Shown here: positions 12,301 through 24,000 of the stretch, piece after piece
Layout: every line of letters begins with the position of its first letter
Numbering within the stretch: position 1 is the first letter of the stretch
NCBI GenBank assembly: GCA_004431415.1
Contig: QPMI01000064.1
Span: 124,001 to 188,000, forward strand
Length of the DNA: 64,000 bases
Direction of reading: 5' to 3'
Origin: Cyanophora paradoxa CCMP329
Lineage: Eukaryota; Plantae; Glaucophyta
Made by a program: the position numbers and the translations under genes
Notes under the pieces: model-generated
The model's input: only the letters and a program-made list of their open reading frames with translations
Database searches by the model: none
What the model was told of the DNA's origin: nothing

Positions 12301-14187
12301 CCACCTCCTCGAGGCAGAATTATTAATTCTGCCTCGACACGGACGCGATTGCTGCTGGTAACACAGCCACCCGAACCCCCACAGACCTCTCTAGATCCAT
12401 TTTTAGCGTCCTGGCTCCCCTAAGACGACCGCTCGCCCGTGGGCGTCGCGCGAAAATCGAATTTCCCTCTGGATCAATTCCGATACTTAACCTCCGACAA
12501 ACACAGTCCGAGTCAGAAGGTGGGACCCGGTCCCGCCCGGTCCCGCGACGAAATCGCGCCAGGGACGCCCCAGAACGATACAGAATGACGCACGATCGCG
12601 AGGGCGAGCGCATCGCCGCAAGCTCGATTTCGCGCGCCCTCGACGCTGCAGTCCGAACAGTAGGCCGAAAATTTGATCCTCCCGGTTCCGGCCTGTCCCG
12701 CGACGCGCGCAATCGATGCGTACTGGCGCGCATAGACATAGCAGGGCCTGCGCACCCCCGAAATCCGCTTTCCGGAGCCGAAACAGCGCAGGAAGGTACC
12801 CGACGGCAAAAATTCGATCCTGCACGGGCCCGGACATCTTTCCGCGCGCCCACGCCGCGGCGCATGCGCGGACCGATAAAATAAGCATTTGAGATGTAGA
12901 AGAAGCCTTCCGCAAGCTTCGCAGGTGCGCCGGGCCGCGAGAACCCAGCCCACCCCGAAAATTCGATCCTTGACGGACCTGCACATCTTTCAGCGCCCCC
13001 TCGCATCCTTGCGCATGCGCATCGCAACAATATTCATTTGAGATTTTATCAAAGCCTTCCACAGGCTTCGAAGACGCGAAAGAGCACGAGAACCCAGCCG
13101 ACGGCAAAAATTCGATCCTGCACGGGCCCGGACATCTTTCCGCGCGCCCACGCCGCGGCGCATGCGCGGACCGATAAAATAAGCATTTGAGATGTAGAAG
13201 AAGCCTTCCGCAAGCTTCGCAGGTGCGCCGGGCCGCGAGAATCCAGCCGACCCCGAAAATTCGATCCTTCACGGACCTGCACATCTTTCAGCGCCCCCTC
13301 GCATCCTTGCGCATGCGCATCGCAACAATATTCACTGAGTTCATTTGAGATTGTATCAAAGCCTTCCACAGGCTTCGAAGACGCGAAAGAGCACGAGAAC
13401 CCAGCCGACGGCAAAAATTTGATCCTGGACAGGCCCGGACAGCTTTCCGCGCGCCCACGCCGCGGCGCATGCACGGAACAATAGAATAAGCATTTGAGAT
13501 GTAGGCAAAGCCTTCCGCATGCTTTGCGTACGCGCCGGGCCGCGAGGACCCAGCCGACCCCGAAAATTCGATCCTCGACGGACCTGAACATCTTTCCGCG
13601 TGCCCTCGCATGCTCACGCGAGCGCATCGCTACAATATTCAGTTGAGATCTTTTCAAAGCTTTTCACGAGCTCTGCGGGCGCGACAGGGCACGAGAACGC
13701 AGCCGACGCAAAAATTCGATCCTGAACGGGCCTGCACAGCTTTCCGCGCGCCCTCGCCTCCGCAGCCCTGCACATTGATACTATATGCATTCGAGGTTCT
13801 GTTTAAGCGATTCGCAAGCTCTGCGCATGCGCCTGGCTGCGAGAACCTCGCCCCTCCCGGGCCTCCCCCGCAACAATATATTAATATTAAATTAATCTCC
13901 TCTCAATCTGCTCCACCAGTTTAAAGCAAGCGTTACCGGTCCAACTCCTCCCCTAATTAATTATATATTCCCTCTCCTCATTACATTGCTCTCTGGCCAG
14001 CCAGCTCTCCCTCGAGCTGGCTATAGCGGGCCAGCCCATTGCCAATTGCAAGCCGGCGAAACCCGGCGAAACCCGGCCATGCAGCTGTGCGCGCGGGGCT
14101 GCAGCTGGCCGCCTACGTACTGTGACAGCCGCGAGGGCGTCCGCGAGGCTTCGCCGTACTTAGTGCTCCGCAGGAGCACGGATCTTG
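9364..14187 (+). mobile_element. Non-autonomous Helitron2-like element, family A (outer copy: 9364-9379 plus 12215-14187)
   Basis: 5' TCAGGCGAAGCCTCTT. The 3' end has an inverted copy (gaggcttcgcc), a perfect hairpin GTGCTCC-GCA-GGAGCAC and terminal CTTG at 14184-14187. Inserted between A9363 and T14188 with no TSD. Confidence 0.85.
9380..12214 (+). mobile_element. Non-autonomous Helitron2-like element, family A (inner copy, nested after base 16 of the outer copy; contains a ~1.2-kb internal tandem duplication)
   Basis: Second TCAGGCGAAGCCTCTT at 9380-9395. The same 3' end (hairpin 12190-12206, CTTG 12211-12214) is followed directly by the outer copy's body, tctcaaa... Segment ~9539-10740 is repeated at ~10741-11940. 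Confidence 0.85.
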
Positions 14188-16160
14188 TACGTAGTCTGTG
14201 CTGCCGCCGATGTGCTCGACTATGCCGTACGTTAGCCCTGCCAATTTCGGGCGAAGCCTCTTCGGGCGAAGCCTCTTCGGGCGAAGCCTCTTCCATAGGT
14301 CGATGGTGAACGCCCGATTCTATTTTTTTTCCACTCGAGTCCGATTGGTCCGAGCGTCCAGATTCGCGACCTCCGCAATGAAGGCGAACGGTCTCCGACG
14401 TCAGTCAAACGTTACAGGTACTCGACTGATTTATTTTTGGGCTCGAGGCTCCCCTAAGACGACCGCTCTCCCGTGCGCGTCGTCCGAAAATCGAATTTCT
14501 CTCATGGATCAATTCCGGTATTTATACCCCGGGGCTCGATCGCGAAACCCCAAAAAGTGGGACCCGGTCCCGCGACGAAAGCGCGCCAGGGACGCCCCAG
14601 AGCGGTCAGAATGACAGCCAAGAGCGCGCGCACCGCGGCAAGCTCGATTTCGGCCGCCCTCGACGCTCCAGTCCAGAGAGTCGGCCGCAAATTTGATCCT
14701 GCCGGTCCCTCCCGGTCCCCCGACGCGCGCATTCGATGCGTACTGGCGCGCATAGACATAGCAGGGCCTGCGCACTCCAGATATCCGCTTTTCGGAGCCG
14801 GAACAGCGCAGGAAGGTGCCCGGCGGCGAAAAATCGATCCTGCACAGCCCCGGGCAACTTTCCGCGCGCCCTGGCCGCGGCGCATGCTCGGAACGATAGT
14901 ATAAGCATTTGAGATGTAGAAGAAGCCTTTCGCACGGTCTCTAAATGCGCCGGGCTGCGAGGATCCAGCCGACCCCGAAAATTCGATCCTGGACGGACCT
15001 GCACATCTTTCCGTGCGCCCTCGCGTCCTCACCCATGCCCATCGCTACAGTATTCATTTGAGAGCTTCTTAAAGTCTTTCGCAAGCTCTGTGGCAGCGAA
15101 AGAGCACGAGAACCCAGCCGACGCCAAAATTTCGATCCTGGACAGGCCTGCACATATTTCCGCGCGCCCTCGCCTCTGCAGCCCTGGACATCGATCCTGT
15201 ATGCATTCGACACTCTGTTTAAGCGATTTATAAGCTCTGCGCATGCGCCTGGCCGCGAGAACCTCGCCCGTCCCCTCGACAATCTCCTCTCAATTTCCTC
15301 AGGGCCTCGAGCTCAACTACAGCTAGCTGATTGGCAGCACAACTCCTCCCCTCATTATATATATTCTCTCTCAGCCACAGCAATGTTAATTCTTCCGGCC
15401 AGTCCCACGACTCGCGCAATCGATGCGTACTGGCGCGCACAGACATAGCAGGGCCTGCGCACCCCAGAAATCCGCTTTTCGGAGTCGGAAGAGCGCAGGA
15501 AGGTGCCCAGATCCGGAGGCGAAAATTCGATCCTGCACAACCCCAGCTGCAGGCAACTTTCCGCGCGCCCACGCCGCGGCGCATGCGCCGAACAATAGTA
15601 TAACCATTTGAGATGTAGAAGAAGCCTTCCGCACCCTTTGTAGATGCGCTCGACCGCGAGGACTCAGCAGATCCAGAAATTTGATCCGGACCATGCCCCC
15701 CCCCCCCCCCTTAAACCGAAAAAAAAGCCGAAAAATGGAGAGCCGCAAGCGCGCACAACGAACGATGGCCGCAAGCACGAACGACGAACAAGCACAGCAA
15801 GCCGCACAGCTGCTTCGACGAAGACCTAGTGCAAGCTGCCGCGCCCGTCCGGGAAGTCACTCGAGCCTCGCAGCCTCCCGTCCTCGGTCTTTCCGTGAGC
15901 ACGTCCACATGTTTGACACAGCTACTCATCGTCCAGCTGATGTGCCCCTCGCAGGTCCCCGGCCGGTCCCGTTAACGTTTATGTTAACGTAAGCAGGCCG
16001 CAGCGCGGCCGCGGTCGCAAGCACAGTGCGCAGCTGACTCGCAGCTGTCGTCGATCTTTCTGTGAGCTCGCCCGTGCCTTTGGTTCGCCTGCGCACCACT
16101 GAGCTGATCATCGGATGTGCGCTTCGCAGGCCGATCTTCCCATCTCTGCAGAAGCCGCTC

Positions 16161-17300
16161 CGCTCGTCAGTCGAAGCGGCCGGAACCTGCATCGAATCTC
16201 GTCAGTCGAACCGGCCGGAACCTGCATCGAATCTTCGTGCCCGTGAGCCTCCCGGCCCGCCCGCCACCTCCCTCCCGCCGCCCGCCGATGTCCCCATCTG
16301 TGCGCAGGCCGCCGGCTCCTCACTCGAAGCGGCCGGCGCCTCCATCGAGTCGTTTTCCCCGTGAGCCTCCCGGCCCGCCCCCGCCATCTGCGCCCTCGCC
16401 TGACTGCCGCCCTCTAAGCCTCCCGTCGTCCCTAGCCGCGCTCGTCAGTCGAAGCGGCCGGCACCTCCATCGAGTCGTTTTCCCCGTGAGCCTCCCGGCC
16501 CGCCCCCGCCACCTGCGCTCTCGGCTCACTGCACCTGCGCCCTCGGCTGACTGGCGCCTTCCAGGCCTCCCGTCGTCCCTAGCCTCGTCAGCTCGCCCGC
16601 CCGCCCTGCCCCCCCGCCCCCCGCTGATCTCCCCGCCTGTGCGCAGGCCGCCGCGCTCGTCAGTCGAAGCGGCTGGCGCCTCCATCGAGTCGTTTTCCCC
16701 GTGAGCCTCCCGGCCCACCCCCGCCACCTGCGCCCTCGGCTCACTGCATCTGCGCCCTCGGCTGACAGGCGCCCTCCAGGCCTACCGTCGTCCCTAGCCT
16801 CGTCAGCTCGCCCGCCCGCCCTGCCCTCCCGCCCCCCGCTGATCTCCCCGTCTGTGCGCAGGGCGCCGCGCTCGTCAGTCGAAGCGGCCGGCGCCTCCAT
16901 CGAGTCGTTTTCCCCGTGAGCCTCCCTGCCCGCCCCCTGCGCCCTCGCCTGACTGGCGCCCTCCAAGCCTCCCTTCGTCCCTAGCCGCGCTCGTCAGTCG
17001 AAGCGGCAGGTGCCTCCATCGAGTCGTTTTCCCCGTGAGCCTCCCGGCCCGCCCCCGCCCCCCGCGCCCTCCGCTGACTGGCGCCCTCCAAGCCTCCCGT
17101 CGTCCCTAGCCTCGTCAGCTCGCCCGCCCGCCCTGCCCTCCCGGCCCCCTCTGATTGCTGATCTCCCCGTCTGTGCGCAGGCCGCCGCGCTCGTCAGTCG
17201 AAGCGGCCGGCGCCTCCATCGAGTTGTTTTCCCCGTGAGCCTCCCGGCCCGCCACCGCCCCCCGCGCCCTCCGCTGACTGGCGCCCTCCAGGCCTCCCGT
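16161..17300 (+). repeat. Composite minisatellite inside the Helitron, upstream of the RepHel gene
   Basis: The ~60-bp core cgctcgtcagtcgaagcggccggcgcctccatcgagtcgttttccccgtgagcctccc recurs 7-8 times at ~120- or ~200-215-bp spacing. The intervening modules are related to each other. Confidence 0.85.
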
Positions 17301-18095
17301 CGTCGTTACCGTGTGCCTCTCCATCCCCCACCACAGTCCGCACCCTCAGCCGACAGAAGCTGTCCAGACAGGCCGTTCCCACCATGTCTAGTTCAGAATC
17401 GTCTTCAACAGAGCCACCAAAGCGAAAGAAAGCAGGCAAGTAATTTGCACGCCCGAAATTGCATAGAATTACAGTTGATCCTTTAACCAGGTTTCCATCC
17501 AAACACTGGGAAGCACCAAAGCCATTCTCAGGCACAATTTCAAGCTCCGACTCCAGTGCGCACTGTTTATCATGCATGGAGTTCAATGATGTCCCTAATT
17601 TTGCGCATGTTGCTTGCAGCCGGGTGCAGCACCTGGTAAAGACTATGATACACAATTTCCTCCTTCAGCCGCTGCACTGCGAGTGCGCGCCAGCCGTGCT
17701 CGAGCACGCGGTGAATCACCTCAACCACCAGCACACGTCACACCGCCCAGTACAGGTAAATCAACCCCGTAAAAAGCATGATTCGTGAAATTTATTTCAG
17801 TATCTACAGAATCACAAACGACAAGCCATGCCCAGCGGCAACAACAGTACGCAAAACGAGCACACGGTACTTCACCGATTCCATGAGCTCGAATATTAAT
17901 GCAGTCTATGAACCTCACAAACCGACAGAGCGAGCACACGCAACAACTGGAACATCACCTGGAACCATCGGCTCCACACTGACACAGTTGTGGAAGTGGG
18001 ACCGCTCCGTGGAGAAGCTGTGCAGCAAGATTGCTACGTGCTCCATCACAGCCGCCGTCCCCCAGCACCCAGCGACATCGAAGGAGTCCAGATCG

Positions 18096-21000
18096 ATGGT
18101 GCACATTCCTCAACCGGTGCTCCGGTCGTCAACAGAGATGGGAACGGACGTGGACGCGGCAACTCTGGCATTCATCAGAACGTACTATGAGATCCTCCAG
18201 ACGCAGCCACGGCAAATGTTCCGCTTCTACAACCCTGAGAGCATCCACCTTTGGATCACAGACGAGACGACCCCGATGCCGCAGGCTGCCATCGGGATCA
18301 CGGTGCAAATTTCCATGCATCCAACGGAGACAGTGAAATTGACCCGTTCGCAGAGCATCGAGCAGCGCATCGCCGACCTCATGCTGCATAGGGTCGTTGT
18401 CGACATTGCGGCCATCACGGCCCACAACGTCGCCAACACTTACATCCTCGCCACGATCTCTGGCACCATGTCCCCAACGCCCGATGCCCCTCTGCGCGGA
18501 TTTGTTCAGACCCTTACACTGGCGCCCATCCACGGCGGCATGTACATCGCATCCGATGTCCTCATGTTCCTTCCCATCGACTTGACGTGGCCAGACGTGT
18601 CAGGTGTGTACTCGAAAATTCCAGGATCACGGTTTCTTTGATTGGAATTGAATTAATGATTGTGCTCACAGACCTGTCTACATTGTTTCCGGCAGCGCAC
18701 CCCACATCGGCTGCAAACCAACACATCCTCTCCAGTATCCTGCACGGCAATCCAGAAGGCAAGGCAATTGGCCGGTCAGTCGAACAGCTCTACTTGACCA
18801 GTGGCACACAACATGTGTCCATCACTCATGTTGCCAGCATGCCATCCCCCCAAGGCGGCGCTTCCATCACTGCAATCGGTCTGCAGAAGCACATAAATGG
18901 AGCCTGCGTGCCTTTCGCTGTGAACTGGCATCTGCATTTCAACGTCTTCACTGGCCACTTCTTCATCGATGACATCCAGCTCCACTTCTGGCCCATGCTT
19001 CATGGCTATTCACGAACAGACCTTTACCGATGGCCGTCACTTGCAAGCCTTCCACCGCCAGTCAAACCAGCTTCGCACGCCCAGGCTCCACACGCTGCCA
19101 TTGTCAATGCCCAGCACGTGCAAGAGAGGTGGCCGGCAATAGGTGACACCATCACCATTGGCTCGAAATCAGCAAACAGCACTCCACAGTCGAGTGCATG
19201 GTGTACCATCACAGTTGACAATGTCCGCAACCACCCTGTGACGGAGGATATGCATGACGAGTCACGCTTTGTCCCTGCAACCATTCGTGGCACTCCTGCC
19301 GGTCGTCCCCAGCACAAACTGCCCGACGACCACCGCTGGTTTGGAACAGTCCCAGTCTCCGTCGCCACGACCGCATGCAACTGTGACGATCACATGGCCC
19401 TGCGTAGAGAGCATCATCCAGCATCCAGAAAAAAACTCAAGGAGAAGCAAGCGTCGGTGACGGAGTTCCAAACTCGGGACACACGGCAAGCCGACCGGCG
19501 CCAAGTCCTACGCCAACATGCATCTCCCGAGAAGAAGGATGCCGAGGTTGACCGTGTTCGCAACCTCCGTCATCACAATCCAGATATGGCCTGGAAACGG
19601 CGCGAGGAGAAACGGCAGGCGCGCCTGGAGCGCAAGCTGCAGGACATTGAGAAGCATGCACTCGAGTGGGGCTTCCGCTACGACCACCCGAAGGAGCTCC
19701 TGCGCGACGTGGAGATCGAGATGGCTCGCGCGGCCCCCGAGAAGAAGCCCTTGTTCGAGGCTCTCCGCGACAGCGTTCTTCAGTACATACACAGTGCGCT
19801 GATTGTGTCACACGAATTCAATGCGCATTGACTCATGCATGCGCGCGGCAGCTATGTACCAGCCCATCTTCACGTGCGACTGCTGCTCGATCCGCGACTA
19901 CGTCGATGAGCTGTACACCGTCGACGCAGAGGATTCGTACACGCTTGCGGTGCATGGCATCACGCAGGAACACATCGATCGGATCGCCAAGGACCCTGAG
20001 GACGTCGGCCGCCATCCACGCCTCTGCTCTGCCTGCCACCATTTCCGTGCGAACCCCGAGCAGGGCAAGCCCATCTGTCCCCTTTCGCGCCAGGTGCCCA
20101 TTGTCAGACAAGCACATCCTGCCATCCGAGCTGATTGGCTTCTCTTTCCGCAGAACGGCGTCCACCCCACTCCTCCGTCGCAGAAGCTCGCCGACCTCGC
20201 CCGGGAGCTCACGCTACCGGAGTCCCTCGCCGTCCGCACCGTCGTGCCGTTCGTCCCGCTCTGCAGCTCGCCCGGCAGCGCCCAGGAGGCGGCGCGGGCC
20301 ACTGTCGTCCTCCTCCGTTCCCACCCCCAGCATGTGCTCAACGCTGTCGAGCCCATGCCGCCGAAGAACGTCATGATGTACGTCAACATGCAGAAGCCGA
20401 CGGCGCCGACGGCGGACCCGGAGTTCACGGGCTACTGGAAGTTCGACGTTGACAGAGTGCGCGCGACGATGGACGAGCTCGTCGCAGCTGGCAACAAGTG
20501 GTACATCAAGGCCGGCCTTGACAAGCTCGACGAGGCCTGGTGGTCGAAGTACAAGGCGAACGTCGAGACGTGGAACAGCAGCGTCGACAAGGAGGAGCCC
20601 CGCGAGCCCGCTCCCCACAAGCCCGTCCGCCACCGCAAGAAGCGCGAGCCCAGCGAAGCGCTTGAGTGCGTCGACGTCAGCAAGATCGGCACGGCCCTCG
20701 AGAACATGCAGACAACCGACGATATCGTGGACGACGACTCGGACGCTGGAGAGCCCGATATCGATGAGGACGACTTCGACCTGACGGTTCGCACCGGCGA
20801 CGTGCCGGAGAGCATGGCGGATGTGTTGCGCAACGTGGCAGCTCTGGAACTCGCGCGAGCAAGTGACGGGACCGCCCCGCTGCCATTCGACACACCGGGC
20901 AGCGTAACTGAGCCTGCCGAAGCGCCCGTCAGCGCCGAGTCCGACGAGCCAGCCGAGAAGACGACGCGCACCATCCCCAACCTCGACGAGCGTGCTCGAA

Positions 21001-24000
21001 CCAACAATCAGGAGTTGGCGGGCATCTTTGGCATCGCGCAGGAGTGGGCGGCGTCCACGCAGATCGATGCGAAGCTCGACCTCGGCCCCGACATCGAGAT
21101 CCTGCGGGAGACGCCAGCAGCGCCGGCGCCTGTCGTGCTGCCCGGTCGTTTTCGGGCTACACGTGTTGATGCGCTGACAGCACTTGGAATGGAGGCCGAA
21201 CTGCGCACCGTGCCCACCTGGGAGCGCGAGTACCCTGACTTCAAAACGGCCGAGCGCCAGACGGCTCCGTTCCCGCTGTGCTTCGTAGACGGTGCGCCCG
21301 ACCGAGCGAATCGCCTCCCTTGAACATCCAGTACCAGCGAGCTCACATACCTCCCTGATGCAGGCCGTCACGGGCGCGACGGTGATCCCGACGATCCTCT
21401 GGACCAGCGACTGACGCCGTTGTCCATCTCGACGTACGACCGCTTCTTCCTGCTTGCCGAGAGCACGAAGGCGCTCGCTGCAGACCCGGGCTTCTTCTTC
21501 ACGCAGCTCAGCGACTACATGCACCTGAAGGCGTACCAGGTCCGCCCGCAGGCCCTGGGCATCGCCTGCCCGTCACCCACACCACCGCGCAGGCTAGTCA
21601 GACCGCCATCCAGAGCAGGGCACTGCAGACCCTCCACGAGCAGGGCCACGAAGTCACGGCCTCGCATGTCATCGACCAGCTGGAACGTGCTGTCGACGAT
21701 CCCGAATTGACGTTGAACTTCGTGACGCGCAACTTGACGCGCACGACGCTGCGAGCGGTCCGCCGCCCCCACGCCACCGATTGTGCGAGCGCCTTCTGAC
21801 GTTCCGATCATACAGATCCCAGGCTCTCACGAGGATCTGCGCCGCGGGCATGGCCAGCTCATTGCAGGCGCACAGACGCTCGGGCCGCCGCAAGGCTGGC
21901 TCACGATCAGCTTCAACGACCATGGCGACCCCAGCCTCTACCGTGCCATCGACAGGCACCGGTTTCCCGACCAGGCCTCCGTCGACGCGCTCTCCAGCGA
22001 CGAGAAGGACGAGCTGCTCAACATGAATGCCGGCATTGCGACGCGCCATTACATTCGGCGATGCAACGCCATCCTCGCGTTCCTCACCTCCGAAGGAGCA
22101 CGAGCAGCCTTTGGCGGCTACAAGGTGACCGACTGGGTCCTCCGGCACGCAGAGCAGAAGCGCCGCACGCTCCACACGCACTTCGTCCTCTGGTTCAAGG
22201 GCATGCCGACGTACGACACGTGCCCGCCGGGCAAGATGGCCGAGTTCCTCGCGCTGTTCGACGAGTGCATCCATGCGGAGATCCCGCGCCCGCCGGCGGA
22301 CGAGCACGACCCGGGCTCCGTCCATCTCAACTTCCCGCCCGAGCTGCGCCAGCCGTGGGCGACAATGTTCCTCCGGAAGCTCATCCGCCGTCACAACATC
22401 CACAAGCACTCGGCGACGTGCCGCACCTACAAGCCCGGCCGCCCCCAGCGCTACTCCGCTGAGACGCGGAAACGGCACGAGGAGCTCAGCAAGGCCATCG
22501 AGGAGATCTTCAACAGGGGCGAGGCGATCGTGAACCCGGTCCTGGAGGGCTGCGGGCCCGTCGTCCGCGAGTCGCTCGCGAAGCAGAAGGAGCTGCATGT
22601 CCTTCTCAACAAGCTCAACGCCTGGTGGTGGATGGCGCGGCGCTGGTGCCGGTTTGCGCTTCCGGGCATCGCATCCGGAACCGCGCGCCTCATGTGCGTG
22701 ACGCCCACGGCACTGATCATGACACGTCCGTGGTTCTGATGCCCGTCGCAGGAATTCGTCGGAGCTCAAGCACGCCCAGCGCGGGGACCGGCTCCTCGTC
22801 CCGAAGCGCTGAACGGTCATGGACCTCTTTGTCAACACGTTCAACGGCTGGGTGGAGCGGATCGCGCTCGCAAACACGGACGCCTCGCTGCTCGCGGATG
22901 CCGCCGCCAGCATGGCGTACATGTTCGCCTACCAGATGAAGGTGACGACCCGAACACAGACTGACGCAGTGCCATGCATCACGCCGGACAAGCGCACCGT
23001 CCGGACGCTGCCTCGGTCCATCCTGCAGGCCATGCTGAAGCGGAACCCGGAGTACACGGACATCTTCGTGAAGAACGACATCGAACACTACATGGCCCGT
23101 CCCGCCGGCAGGTTCTGGGACAACATGTCGCTCTTCCTGTTCCTCCAGTGGTTCACGCCCGTGCCCCGGCGGACGGACCGGCCCCCCGACACCATCCGCG
23201 ACGTCAACCTCGCGTCCACTCTGCCTCAGTCACCAACAGCCACACTGATGGAGGGTGTCGAACCGACGGCAGGCCCGAGCGGCACCGACACGAGCAGCAG
23301 TGACGTCGACGACGACGACGACGACGACGATGGCCCGCCCGACGACGACGACCTTGCAGACCTGCGGACCGACGCGCGCGAGTGGGACATCTCCCCCTGC
23401 TGGGCGACGTGGCTGACGGGAACGGAACGCACCCCTGATACCCTGGAGGAGCTCCGAACAACGCCTCCGCTCATCCTCGATCCGCATAGCCGAGCACTCC
23501 CACGCTTCCAGTGCACGTCGACCAAGAAGCAGCTTCGAATGCGCCGTGAGCCAACACCGGTCGTGATGCCCTTCGACGCAAACGCTGGACAGGGTGGCAA
23601 GTACGCCATCCTCCTGTTCCACTATCCGTTCCGCAACGAGCTCAGCGATCTGCTCGACATGCACAAGCTTGGCGAGGTCACCGACGACGATATCGACGCC
23701 TCCATCGCGAAAAGGCGGGAGACGATCGCGCGGTACACAACCACGGGCAACCAGCACATGCGACAGCGAGCGCAGGCCCTGCTCGAACGGATCTCTCGCC
23801 AGGCGGCGCGAGGCGGACCGGGCGCCATCATCGGCGAGGCGCTGGAGCCCGGCGTCCTTCCACAATCGGAGTCGCTCCTCGGAGCCGGCCCACCTGCACC
23901 CGGCTTCGAGGCGCCGTCCGAGCAGCAGCGAATCAACGCGCTCAGAGCACGCACAAAAGGCATGCAGTCCTCCGGACGCGAGCCAGACACAACAGCGCCC

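Noticed and set aside
14247-14291. Stacked 15-mers (and the 16161-17300 repeats) as a CRISPR-like array
   Set aside because: There are no unique spacers and no cas genes, and the context is eukaryotic. Element termini and a minisatellite explain them better.
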